From: Octopus vulgaris
Taxonomy: Eukaryota
Direction of reading: 5' to 3'
DNA length: 64,000 nt
Assembly: GCA_951406725.2 (NCBI GenBank)
Contig: OX597814.1
Location: 140,306,001-140,370,000 of the forward strand
Below the pieces are notes generated by a model that saw only the letters and a program-made list of their open reading frames with translations, was not told where the DNA came from and made no database searches. The position numbers and the translations under genes were made by a program. Positions within the stretch are counted from its first letter, which is position 1. The number at the start of each line of letters is the position of its first letter. Positions 25,190-38,452 of this stretch are shown piece after piece.

Positions 25190-26135
25190 TCTTTTTCTGG
25201 TTTCAGTCATTTGACTGTGGCCATGCTGGAGCACTGCCTTAAAGGGTTTTAGATGAAGAAATCGACCCGCGGGGCTTATTCTTTTCTAAGCCTAGTACCT
25301 ATTCTGTCAGTCACTTTTGCTGAACTGCTAAGTTATGGGGACATAAACACACCAAGCAATGGCGGGGTGGGGGACAAACACACACACACACACACACATT
25401 GGTCAGCCTGATGCTATGGTGGAAGTCACTTGCCCAAGGTGCTATGCAATAGGACTGAAACTAGAACCATGTAATTGGGAAGCAAGCATCTTAACCACAC
25501 AGCCACGCCCAATATATTTATGTATATATGTCTGTGTGTATGCATAAGCATCATTGATTTAACATCTGGTTTTTAATGTTATCTTCTCCAGTGCCTTGAA
25601 CCTGTGTTATCTGTCTTAAATTCAATTGTATAGATTATATGTCAGAACAAAACCCTTTACATACCCTTTTGAATATTTTGCTTCAATTTCTATCTCACAG
25701 TTAATATTGAATAATAATTATCTCTACACTTAAGGCATAGGAGTGGCTGTATGGTAAGTAGCTTGCTTACCAACCACATGGTTCTGGGTTCAGTCCCACT
25801 GCATGGCACCTTGGGCAAGTGTCTTCTACTATAGCCTCGGGCCGACCAAAGCCTTGTGAATGGATTTGGTAGACAGAAACTGAAAGAAATCCATATATAT
25901 ATGTGTGTGTGTGTGTGTATGTGTTTGTGTGTCTGTGTTTGTCCCCCCAAGATCACTTGACAACCGATGCTGGTGTGTTTACGTCCCCGTAACTTAGTGG
26001 TTCTGCAAAAGAGAACAATAGAATAAGTACTAGGCTTACAAAGAATAAGTCCTGGGGTCGATTTGCTCAACTAAAGGTGGTGCTCCAGCATGGCCACAAT
26101 CAAATAACTGAAAGAAGTAAAAGAGTAAAAAGACC
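25190..26135. mobile_element. Second inverted pair of SINE B copies
   Basis: Minus copy at about 25190-25510 and plus copy at 25733-26135. Confidence 0.8.
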
Positions 26136-26783
26136 TAACCCTTAGAAATAAAATTTAGAAATGTCATATAGTAAGTAGAAAAACTGCAATCAACTGAGAT
26201 AAGATTTTCTTCAGAGTCATGTTAATCTTGGCTCCTTCAACAGCAGAAAATACACTGCTCATATCAAGGTACTATCATTGCATCTTACCCTATTCCATGA
26301 AAAAGTGGACATTAAAACGATGATGAGGTGATTATACTGTTAAATAAAATATCGTTACGGTTTGCTCTTTTCTGTGTATGATTTTGTAAGTCAGTCTTCT
26401 TCATAATCTTTGAGCTAATATTATGAGACATTTTGACAAAGCTATTTTGGCATCAATGATTCAATGCTGACTTGTTTGACATCAGATGTTTTAATGTTTC
26501 TCTGATTCCCCTCCTTCTCTCACCCTCTCTCTCTCCCTCCCTTCCCTCTATGTGTGTAAGAATATTTCTCTGTGTATGAAGAAAGGGAATGTGTTTATGT
26601 CAATCATGTTCAATCAATAAATGTTTCACTCTCCCCCTCCCCTTCTCTATATATGTATGTGTCTATTTCTGTTTGCACATGTGTGTGCCTCTGGTGCCAA
26701 AAAGTACTGTCGACAAATCAGTCAACCATAGCAAATCATTAGTATCCAAACAGTTGCACTAAATTGTTTCATTCCATCTTTAA

Positions 26784-27005
26784 CCCTTTCATTACCAACC
26801 TGGCTGAAACCAGCTCTGGCTCTGTTATACAAATGTCTTATTTTCTTAAGTTTTGAATTAAAATCTTCCACTGAACTTTAGTCACAATTTACGTTCTTAA
26901 CACTAGCTTAATGATAACTAAATTATTTTACTAAATTTTTTGTTTATATTTAAAGCAATTGAAAGAAACACAGAGCATCTCAAAATAAATACAGTAATGA
27001 AAGGG
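26784..27005 (-). mobile_element. piggyBac-type MITE (same family, opposite orientation)
   Basis: TTAA-ccctttcattac...gtaatgaaaggg-TTAA, ending about 100 nt before the last exon. Confidence 0.85.
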
Positions 27006-27104
27006 TTAAGCTTCCTAAATTGTTGGTTAGAGTTCTTACAAAGAAAATTGTTGTCTAAATGTGATTCAATGTATTTCTTTTTTTTTTTGCCATTTATTTT
27101 TCAG

Positions 27105-27182
27105 TTGGACAAAGAGGAAGAAGATACTGAAGAGGAAGAAGATGAACCTGATTTCTATCAGTTAGCTCATATGCCAATATAA
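27105..27182 (+). CDS. SLC4 terminal coding exon
   Basis: ttcag|TTG to TAA. Encodes LDKEEEDTEEEEDEPDFYQLAHMPI*, resembling the acidic AE1/AE2 tail ending Y....MPV. Confidence 0.95.
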   Translation: MDKEEEDTEEEEDEPDFYQLAHMPI

Positions 27183-29497
27183 GTCTTTAAAAAAACAATC
27201 TATTGTTCCACATGTGTTACTCAGAGAATCCCCTCAGTCTATCTGCTAACTGTTTTTGAAAGGTACTAATGTACAACCCAAGGCAGTTTAAGAATAATGC
27301 AGAGATTTTTTTTTCTTTTTTCAAATTCTGTAATAGAATTTTTTTTTAAAAACACATGTCTGATATGATTTTGTTTTTGTTTTTGTTGGGTTTTTGAAAC
27401 TTTATTTTTTATGTGAAACTGTCTAAAAACAACAGCAAAAAAAAAGATATAAAAATAAATAAATGAAAGCAAGTAGTATTCTAGAAGTGAAACTAAAAAT
27501 AAAGGAATACTAAATGAATGTTTTGTTATTCAGCAAAAGAGTAAAAGACTACAGTAAAGACGAGAAAACTTTATTTCTTAAATCTGTAAAGACAAGAGCA
27601 AACTTGTTTTGTTTTGAGTGAAAGTATATGTTCTTCCATAAATATGAATAATTAATTGAAAAAAAAAATTAAATTGAAGATTATAATTTAGTTATTTAGT
27701 GATATTATATTTTCCCGGTTAATTGGAAAATTCTGTGATGCTGAAATGTTGGAAAATTCTTGTCACCAAGCAGCAAAAGACTTTAGTCGCATAATGAAAA
27801 AAAAAGAAAAAGAAAAAATGATTTTTATAATGTATAGTTGTAGAAATTTTGATATGTTGACTAAATTGTTTATCCGGCTCTTGTCTTAACGAAGAATAAT
27901 TCGGTACAATTAAGAAAATAAAATTAATAATAATAGTAATAATAATAATAATAATAATAATATTGATATGATGATGATGATGATAATAATAATAATCAAC
28001 AGAAAACTAATAAAGAATGAAGTACTTTTTACCTTTACACTGATTTCCTGAAAATATATAAAAGAAAAAAAAGAAAAAAGAAAGAATGGCTGGAAGAAAG
28101 CGGAAAAAAGACAAACAAGCAAAAAAAAAGAACAAGGAAAGAAAGGAAGAAAGAAAGCAAGAAAGAATGAACAAATGACAATTTTTGGGTTTTTTTTTTT
28201 TTTTAATTAAAACTTCTCTGGATCCTTCCAAAAATAAAACATGTATTCCTCAGTTGAAATTATGAATTTTACTGAAAAATCTCACCTGCCAACTCTCAGG
28301 TGTAAAACCATTAACAGTTAGCTCTGTTAATGTTGAATGCTGTAAACAGCGTAACCTGACGGTTAATAATTTGCACATTTTTTTTGCTTTTGCACTGCTG
28401 AGTAATTTTGTTCTTAATTTCAACTTGTGTGTGTGTGTATGTGTGTGCAGATGCATATACACAGTGTGTCAAAAGAAGCACTCAATTCCTGCTTTAGGGT
28501 TATGCTTGACTTCTCAATTGGGGGATACTTTTTGACTCCTTCTTGTTTTATGGGTTTGGGATATCAAAGAGTATTTACAATATGATACATGGTCCCAGGT
28601 TCAGTAACCTTCAAAACTGTCAGTAATAACCTTTAAAACAACAAAGGCATGACTTCCCAGAAACTGGGCACTACTTTTGATTCACCCTGTATATGGGTAT
28701 GGGTGTATGCGTGTTATTTTATTTGTTTATTTTTCTTACCCTTTGTTTTGTTTTGTTTCTTAAATTTTTTTTTTACAATTCTCTTCATCTCAAAATCATT
28801 TCTTTTCTTCACTTTTTTTCTCTCCTCTTCTCTTGGTTCTTTGCTTCTTCTCCTCCACCTCCTCTCCCATGTTCCACTCTCTTCTGACTTAACCTTCAAA
28901 AGTAAGTCATTCGTTAATTATGAAAACAAGCCAAAGAAGTGATGGTCATAATGGCTATTGCTGTGGTGGTGGTCATGGTGGGTTAGCTTGCCAAGGGGAT
29001 ATCACTGAAAGAAAAATCACTAATTGTATGATTTTGAGAATTACCAACCCCACTCCCTCTTTTATATGTTATTTCCATTCTTACCTTCTTTTCCTCCCCT
29101 CTCTCTCCCTTTTTCTCCAAACTTATCCCTTCTGTTGCTGATTTTCCTAAATTCCATCACCACCACTATACCACCTCTCTGCTTCTATTGATTCCCACCT
29201 CCCTCTTTCCCCTATTTGACCACCACTGTTGATTTAACTTTTCTTAACATTGACTCTTTTGTGATGCAATGTATCTGTATGTATGTATATGTGTGGGTAT
29301 AATATCTATGTATATATGTGTGTATATATATATATATTCTTATATATGTATGTGCATGTGTGTGTGTGTATGTCTGTGTCTCTATATGTATGTATCTATA
29401 TATACCTATATATATATATATATATGGCTCTGATTTTAGCAAGTGGTATTATATACCCTACAGTATCTTATATATATATATATCATCATCATATGTA

Positions 29498-29528
<31 letters not shown>

Positions 29529-30116
29529 ATATGTATGTATATATGTATGCATGTATGTATGTATATATATTTGCATATATATAGAGAAAGAGATTGTGTA
29601 TATATGTATCTACACATGTGTATATATATACATACATACAAACACACATACAATCAAATTTAAAACTAGCCCCCCTCTCCTCTCCTCTTCCATCATCTTG
29701 AGTTCTTTGTTGTTTGGATTTATTGAATATTTTTTTTATTTTGTTATCTTTTCCATAATTGCTTTTTTTCCTTTTTTTTATACTTTTTCTTTTTACCAAC
29801 TTTAATCCTTGAGAACCACATGTTATTGTACTCAGTACGATGTGACCTCCACTCTTGAAAACTCTATGGTATTGTGCTTGATGCCACAGAAACCAATTTG
29901 CACTTTTTGATATGCACAACATTTTGATAGCAAAAAAAAAAAACATAAAATAATAATATTTTCCTCCCATGTTGTTATTGTTATTATCATAAATACCTGG
30001 TCGTTAACATGACCTAATTATCATCTTAATTAATCATTGTCATTATCTTCGCCATCCTCATCATTCTCCTCAGCTTCAACATTGTCATAATCATCATCAT
30101 CATCTGTCATCATTTC

Positions 30117-30151
<35 letters not shown>

Positions 30152-30232
30152 ATTACTACTATTGTTTTGTTTCTTTGTTATGAGTGATATAAAAAATATA
30201 CATGTTCTACTTTTACTGGCTAGATACTAACC

Positions 30233-30269
<37 letters not shown>

Positions 30270-30704
30270 ATTTCTCTTTACTTTTTTCTTTTTTTTTTCT
30301 TAGTCTTTCATCTCTCTCAATCTTGATCTGTTGTTAGTTATGTATGTGTATGCAACAACATCATCAATAACAACAACAATATCAACAACAAAACAAGTGA
30401 ATTTGTAAAAAAAAAAAAAAAAAAACATGAAAAATATCAAAGAAAAAATTAAAAAAAGACACTTTGAAAGGTTTTATGTTGGAATTATGTTGAAATACAA
30501 ATTTGGCTTTTGCATTTTAGAATATTTCTTGCAACTAATGCCTTCCCTACTCCTTCCCCTGCACACACACACACGCATACACCGTTAGAGTTTCTTTCAG
30601 AATCTTATAAACCTTTCTATATTTGCCTTTTTATTAATATTATTATTAATAATAATAATATTGTTATTATCGTTGTTGTTTTTATTATTATTATTATTAT
30701 TATT

Positions 30705-31280
30705 TCTGCTGAGGTCAGCTATGCCTTTCATTTATTTGGGGTTGAGAAATTAAGTACCAGTGAAATACTGGGGTTGATGTGATCGGCTATCCCCACAAAT
30801 TCCCAGCCTTGTGCCTATAGTAGAAAGGATTGTTATTATTATAAAGGTGGCAAGCTGGCAGAATCATGAGCACGCTGGGCAAAATGCTTAACAGCATTTC
30901 ATCCGTCTTTACATTCAGGGTTCAAGTTCTGCGAAGGTCGACATTGCCTTTCATCCTTTTGCACTGGGGTTGATGTAATCAACTTAATCCCTTCCCCAAA
31001 ATTTGAGGCCTTCTGCCTTTAGTAGAAAGGATTATTATTATTATTATTAAGGTGGTGAACTGGCTGGATCGTTAGCACATCAGGCAAAATACTTAGCGGC
31101 ATTTTGTCAATCTTCACACTCTGAGTTCAAATTCCACCAAGATCGACTTTGCTGTTCATCCTTTTGAGGTTGATAAATTAAGTACCAGTGAAACACTGGA
31201 GTCGATGTAATTGATTTGACTCCTCCCCAAAAATTTCAGGCCTTGTGCCTTTAGTAGAAAGGATTATTATTATTATTATT
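30705..31280 (+). mobile_element. Three tandem SINE A copies separated by (ATT)n
   Basis: Repeated head aaggtgg...gctgg and tail gtagaaaggattatt. Confidence 0.85.
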
Positions 31281-31580
31281 ATTTCTGATCTTTTTTAATG
31301 CCTTGTCAAGGGAGAAAGGGGCAAGCTCCATAGTGTGACTAGTGGTGGGAGGAAAGAATCACTCCAAAAGCAGTGGGTTGGCTTCAATGCTTGTAATGGA
31401 GTTGGTTTTCTTCAAGGACCCACAACTACTACGATGAACCAGATGGTCATATTGGACAGGGTGACAGATTAAGTCTACCCAACTCAGAAAAGAAAATGAA
31501 ATGGTCCTTCCAACAGACTTGCACACATTTTCCTGCTACCAAATCTCACTTACTATATGGATTTTGTTACTTTAACCACT

Positions 31581-31634
<54 letters not shown>

Positions 31635-34600
31635 GTGTATTTTCTTCCCTGCTTCTGTTTCCAGTCTTTCTTAAAATAATTTGTTAATTTGTTTTTGTTT
31701 TTTATAAAATTAAATCATAGAAATAATAATAATAATACTTACATTTTTATATTTTGTCACTTTTTTAATGTATGCGTGTGTACACTTAACACTGTGAGTG
31801 TGTGTGTGTGTGTGTGCTCCATTTCTTGAAATAAAATTTTTAAATTAACCGTTTCCTTTGAGGTTAGATTATTCTTCTACGTTATTCCACATTATTCCAT
31901 GATAGTTGGGAGAGAGAATTTAGAATTATTTACATTTCCTGAAAAAGAACAGCATCTAACTTTTCTCTGTTTTTTCTGTCTTTCTTTCTATCTCTCTTCC
32001 CTCCCTTTACAAAATTTTCTCAACATTTATTGTTGGTCTTCTCTTTGTCTCTTTGTCCATCTGTCTCTCTGTTTGTTTCTCCAGTTAATCAATGGCTGTC
32101 TAAAGTTTTGAGTTAATGTCACATGGCAAATCAAGGAAAACAAGTTTTTTTTATTTTTTATTTTATCAATCAAATGGCTGTGAACATTGCTGGCTATGGA
32201 TTAATATACCAAAACAATTTCAAGATGGAAGACATTAAGGTTTCTTCTCAGGTTATTCAATGTGTTATGGTTGGATTTTGATGCAATGGCTAATGTAAAT
32301 GACATGACATAAATATTTTCTCTATAATAAACATATAATATTTCTCACTCTCTCCCACTCTCTCTTTTCCCTTCTCTCTCATGTTTTTGTCTTAAGCAAG
32401 AATTTTTTTTTTTCTTCATGACAGACTGCAGTAAAAAGCCTTTTACATAGTTCAAATATCTTTCAAATGTATTTGAACTAGTCTTAAGTTTGTTTACTCT
32501 TAATCATTGCTTCAAGTATCTACTCATGGGTGTATATATGTGTGTGTGTGTTAGAGGCACACTAAACAGTTTACAGTCATATTCAACAGGTTCTTGTACA
32601 TTTTGACATAGAAAGACAATAAATACACTGTAAATTGTCTCTCAAGACAACTTGAAGTATATTGTCTTCCCATGTTCGAATATGCACAAACATATTAGAT
32701 ATGATTGTACATCACTAATATACGTATAATATATTCTCTCCCTCCTATCTATCTTCCTATCTACTTGTCTTAATATCTCTAGTGATGTTACCTGAAATCG
32801 TCAATTGTCTGTATCAGGACCTCCCTGAACCCTATCCATAGAAAAATTAATATTAATACAATACTTCCTTATTTTATGCCTCTCCTGTTTTTTTACCACC
32901 AAAGCCTGAAGTTTTTTTTCTTTCTTTTCCACATAAGAGATCATCTAATTTCACCTATTATTGGCAATATTTATTCACTAACATTATTGGGCTGTAAACA
33001 ATGAAAATTATTTTTAAAGTATATGGATTAAAATAGGATTTGTTTTCTTTGTTCTTTCCAGTTACATCTAAAGTTATCTGATTTACATTCAGGAGTAACC
33101 TCACTTGTTTGGAATCTCAAAGGATGGTTTATCATTCTGAGAAGCTGTGGAATTCTATTATTCTGTCTAAAGTATTTCAGATTTGAAAACAATATTTCTT
33201 CTGTTTTAATTTATCAATTTAGTTAGCCTTATCAGTTCATGTGGCAGTTTAAGTAAACAGCATATGTATCATTATCATGTATATATAAAACAAGTATCAA
33301 ATTCACAGAACAAAAGGACATGTACAAACATAAACATCATCATCATCATCATCATCAGAATGAACAGAATATGATAAAATCTCATTGTCTGTTCTCCTTA
33401 TATCCTACATATCCTACAAATACTAAACTATGGAATGAGATGGTTAGGTGCAGCTGTTTGAATGCTGATGATTTAGCATGGCTGACTGGACATTCAGTCT
33501 GTTTTGGTGACCATACTTTTTGGCACTGGAGGCAAGCACACTCACACACACGCATGTACACGCAGAAATATACAGATAGGAAAAAAGAGCAAGGGAAGGG
33601 AGAATTACAATTTATTAATTGAACACCATTGACATAAGCTCATTCCCGCTCCTCATACACATAAAAAAAGAAATATACTCACACATATAAACAGAGAGAG
33701 AGATGGTGAATAAGAGAAACATTAAAATATCTGGCATCATATCAGCAATGCCAAATGAACAGAGACAAACAGCTGTGCCAAAACTGCACCCTATTTCTCA
33801 CTCCATCATTATCAATGATTATAGAGTTGTTGAACAAACAAGAAATACAATGATGTGGTTGCTAAAGATTGTATCTAAAGATGTAAAATTTATTTAAATA
33901 AAGGAGAATAATTTTTTCTTTTTTTTTTTTTTGCATCCTTATAATTAACCAATTCAATGCTTTGCTCATTTTCTGCTTTTTGTAGCATATAACTTTACAA
34001 TAATAATAACTATTATTAGCAATGATTTGTTGCTATAATATTATAAAGCAAGGATTTGAAAGCATGATTTGAAACTGGCATGTCAATATTCCAGCTACAG
34101 AACTGAGTTGCCGTCCTTACTAAGCACAAATGATATTGTTTCCTACACAAGCATAAAGCTAGATTTTTGTTGATTTGGAAGCTTTTCCCAAGAGCATTAG
34201 TGACATAACAAAAGGGACATGGTTTTAAATAAGAGCCAAAAACAAGTTTTAGACTTGTTTCATTCACCAAGGGCTTCACATCTCATTTCCAATTCCAACA
34301 CTTAAAAGAAATATTGCTTATTTCCTCTTTATTTCTTTGGTCTTGTTAAATCCGCATGTGATCATCGGGTTCTATCTCATTACAGCAAAGTATGAAAAAG
34401 TTTGAATTTAAAACATCTGATACACACTATTCACTTCATTTGAGTATCTATGTGTTGCTCTCTTCCACTCTCACAGTATCTTTTTACAACATCTTTATAA
34501 ATGACATCCATGCCACTGATAAAAATTTACAATCTTTCTTTCTTTTATTGTTTTTATTAAAATTTCTGGAAACAAGATTAAGCATCCTTTCATCATAAAA

Positions 34601-35218
34601 ACATTAGCCATAAGCTCTTTCATTCCCCTTTAGTTGTTGTTGGTGCTGTTGCTGTTGTTGTTGTTTCTACTGCTTTATGCAGTTGAATAATATGTTGTGA
34701 AGAAGTTGAACTTTTGTGTCTCCTGTTAATTTCAGGATCTCTTAAGGAGAATATACTAATATTGTTTCCTATTGCCTGCTTCTGATCAAAGGGTAGGCTT
34801 GAACTCAGCATGGCAAATATTTGAAATATTTGGTTTTTATATACAGTAATCTCGCTATTCAGTGCAATGAGTTGCACTTACCTATGGTATCTATTTATGG
34901 CTAGATATATGGAGCTAGCAGTAGCTAGTGTCTTGACCTGTAACAAGATAATAACTGTTCGTTCTTCAGCTGGTAGTCCTACGTGCTCTCTATTCAGCCA
35001 GCTACAGTTCTTCTCTCTTTATAGTATGTCTGAAAAATAACTTATTTTTATACTTAACAATAGCTTGGATATTTTAAAACTAGTACATCAAACACTTAAA
35101 ATATCAGTCCTGGTTCTGTACATCCACAAACTGCAGACTAGAACCTGTGTTTATGCAGTCTTCATCTGTTGTTGCTGTTTATTCTAACCAATGAATTCCT
35201 ACTATATAACAGAATTAA

Positions 35219-35253
<35 letters not shown>

Positions 35254-37049
35254 TGCATGTGTGTATGTGCATGCACTTGCCTCCATTGAGAAGATGAATG
35301 TAACCTCTTAAAGGCCTCACAGTGTATTTCACTCAGAACACAATTCTGAAACATTAACTATAGCCTCATTTATATATTTTTACTATAATTCAGCTCTCTT
35401 TCAATTAATTAATGAAGGCCAAAGCTAAAACTGTAACCACAAACTGAGACTGCATCTGCCTTCTCTTGTTTATAACATGATTAGTTTGCCATCTAGACAT
35501 CTGCCTGCATGACAATAGCTTTGTCAGAAGAGAAACTTAGTTGCAATTGACAATTTTTTCTGTCCTACTCCCTTAAAAAAATGAAAGAAAACAGCCACTA
35601 AAAGTAGATTCTAGCTAGTTAAAGTTGTACGCATTTTGTTTATCCCAAGTTGGTTTTAATGATGGAAATTTTTTGCTTGAAGATTCATACTAGTGTATAA
35701 ATGCTACTCAGAAAAAATACATATTTCTTGTAAATATAGCAGTTTACAAAAATAATTAACTGTAAGAGTTTTTTGCATTTCTTCCCCCCTCCTCTTTTTT
35801 TTTATCAGTCCAAAGTAGAATATGAAGTATATACTAAGCACTTAAAAATTTATCATACATTCCCTTTTAATGTTTCAAAATTCATTAAACACATAGCTCT
35901 CAACTGAATTTCTTTGTTTAAATTTCAATATCTTGTAAGCAATTATTTTCTTCTTGAAAAATTAGAAATTAAAATTAATGGAACATAATTGGAAATTCTC
36001 TCATCATTTTGTAGAATTAATTTAGACCGACAAAGAAATACAGTCTTCATTACAACATCTCTTCTTCATTGAAGTGACAATGAGTAAATTTCAAAATCTT
36101 GCAAAGTAGTGCCATATCTTGTTTTGTCATTATCATAACACAGACATCGGTATCCTAAATCAGAATAAATCAAGATGCATATAAAGAAAAATTGATTGCA
36201 GAAATTATTGTAAATAGCAAAAGTCAATATGAATACTATTTTATTGTCCTTATATGTTTTTTTAGTTTTTATATACACATATGTAACTGTTTCTTACAGC
36301 CTGGTCATAGTACTGTTAACAACCAAATAAGTATAAAATAACAAAGAGAAAAATTATATATTTCTTTTTCCTCTTGTGTGTGTGTGCGTTAACATATCCA
36401 ATGTTAAGTAAATTTATCATTCAAAAAACCTTTATTTCTACTGCTTTTGTGTGAATTTTTCATTCCATTTTCTTATTAATAGCTTTTTTGGATTTTTTTC
36501 TATTATATTAAAGAACATTTAAATAAACAATTCCATTGTTTTTAATATTTTGATGTAAAAAAAAAAATCTGTAGTTACCCTTTTTTAATAACTGGTGTAA
36601 CTAGATCAACATACATGTACAATACACAAACACACAATTTTATTATATTTTTTCTTTCTTTTTTAAGTATGCTATATCAGTAGTTATTGTGTATATATAT
36701 CATAAGATTTTTTTTGTTATTTTTTTCTTAATATTTTTCTCTTTTTCAGTAATAAAATCCTTCCTTTTAAACTGCCAAATAAACACCAAGTTCTTACAAG
36801 GATCCCATTAAAAATGTAACATCTCCCTCCAATTTCACTGGTTCCCATCTGTATCCACTGTTGCAAATTCTTCAGCAAGGACCAGTAGATTACAGATACA
36901 CTTGCACTAATCTTTCTCTGATCTTTAATACAAAAAGAATATTGCATAGTAACTGATATGCCATGAAAACTAGGCAGAAACACACATCAGAATGGTGTCT
37001 CAGAGCATCATTCAAATTTGGGTTTTGTGTGTGTGTGTGTATGTATGTA

Positions 37050-37097
<48 letters not shown>

Positions 37098-37167
37098 TAT
37101 ATATATATACATATAGCTTTGCATATATATATATAAGTTAAAATTACAGTGTTTGTATGTATGTATA

Positions 37168-38452
37168 CAGGGTGCAATGAATAAATTATCATCTAAATTA
37201 CACAAAAGTGAAAATAACACCAACATTGCATTTTAACAGATATATTTACCAAAATTACATAAAAATATCCTGAAATACTAAAGAGTAAATTTATTCAATA
37301 AAATCGCCATTGGCTTCAACCAAGGCCTCCAGACGACTTCGGAATCTGCAACTCTTCTGGGCTGTCTCCTTGTTAAAATTGGTGAATGCTGCCATATTCC
37401 TTGCCTTCAGTTCATCTTTGGTGTTATAAGGTGTTTTGTTGATCTCTTGCTCAACTGCACCCCACACATAATAATCAAGGGAGTTGCACTCTGGGAAGTT
37501 AGGTGGCCAGATGTTAGGAGTGATGTGGTCGCAGAAATTGTCTGACAATCATGACTATGTTATCCTACTTGTGTGGCATGGTGCAGAGTCCCGGTGCCAG
37601 ACATAGGGTCCTCCAGCAGCCACTCTCTTGACCCAGGGCTGCACTATCTCCTCCAGGCATTTGATGTAAGCCTCTGCGTTTAGTCTGAGGCTGTGTGGGA
37701 AGATGAATGGAGGCATAACAGCACCATCATTTGTGATCACTCCAAACACCATGATGTTGACTGGATGTTTGACTTTTATCACTCTCTGTACATGTTTTGG
37801 GGACACGACAAGCCAACGGTTGTTTTGTGTGTTCACTATCTGATCCAGGCAGAAATTTTTCTTGTCTGAGAAAAACTGAAGCATGTTCAGTTGGAGGGGG
37901 TGTTTGAGTTTGCTCAAAAGCTTTGTAGCATGGTCTTTCCTCTTGTCCATGGTGACTTGGGATAAAAATTAGGCCTTTTCTCATTTTGTTTGAGGAATAC
38001 TGAATGTCTTCATGCACTACCTGCCTGATAAGAATCTCGGACACTCCCATGTCCCTGGCGATGGACCTAGTTGACTTGGAGAGATCATTGTCAATCATGG
38101 CCTGGATCTCACCAACAAATTCAGGAGTTCTTTTCTTATCAGTGTGAGTTTTCTGAGCTGCCATACTTTTGTAATCACCGTTAGACTTATCCAACTCTTT
38201 CCGAATCCTCTGCACTCTTCTCAGACTGATGCCCAAACACTCTGAAATGTTCGTATTGGAGCTTCCAGCACAAATGCCAAGCTGTAGAGCATGTCATTTG
38301 CAAATTTCTGGCAGAGTGAATTGCCTCATGATGCAGTTTGTCTTGGATGATGCCCAACTGTCCCTACTATACTGTGTAGTCAACAAAAATCAAAATCAAA
38401 CCATGTGTGAAATTAAAATATAAAATGGCAACAATTTACCCATTGCATCCTG
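37168..38452 (-). mobile_element. Full-length but inactivated Tc1/mariner-superfamily transposon, DD37D (maT) type
   Basis: TA flanks on both sides; imperfect TIRs cagggtgcaatgaataaatt / aatttacccattgcatcctg. Transposase runs from about ATG 38329 to 37291 with HTH (RSIARDMGVS), FSD, WHRDSAPCH and WPPNFPECNSLDYYVW. There are 37 codons between the 2nd and 3rd Asp. One frameshift and at least 3 stops. Confidence 0.93.

Noticed and set aside
33320-33622. ORF with a poly-His tract
   Set aside because: A (CAT)n microsatellite; no splice context or recognisable homology.
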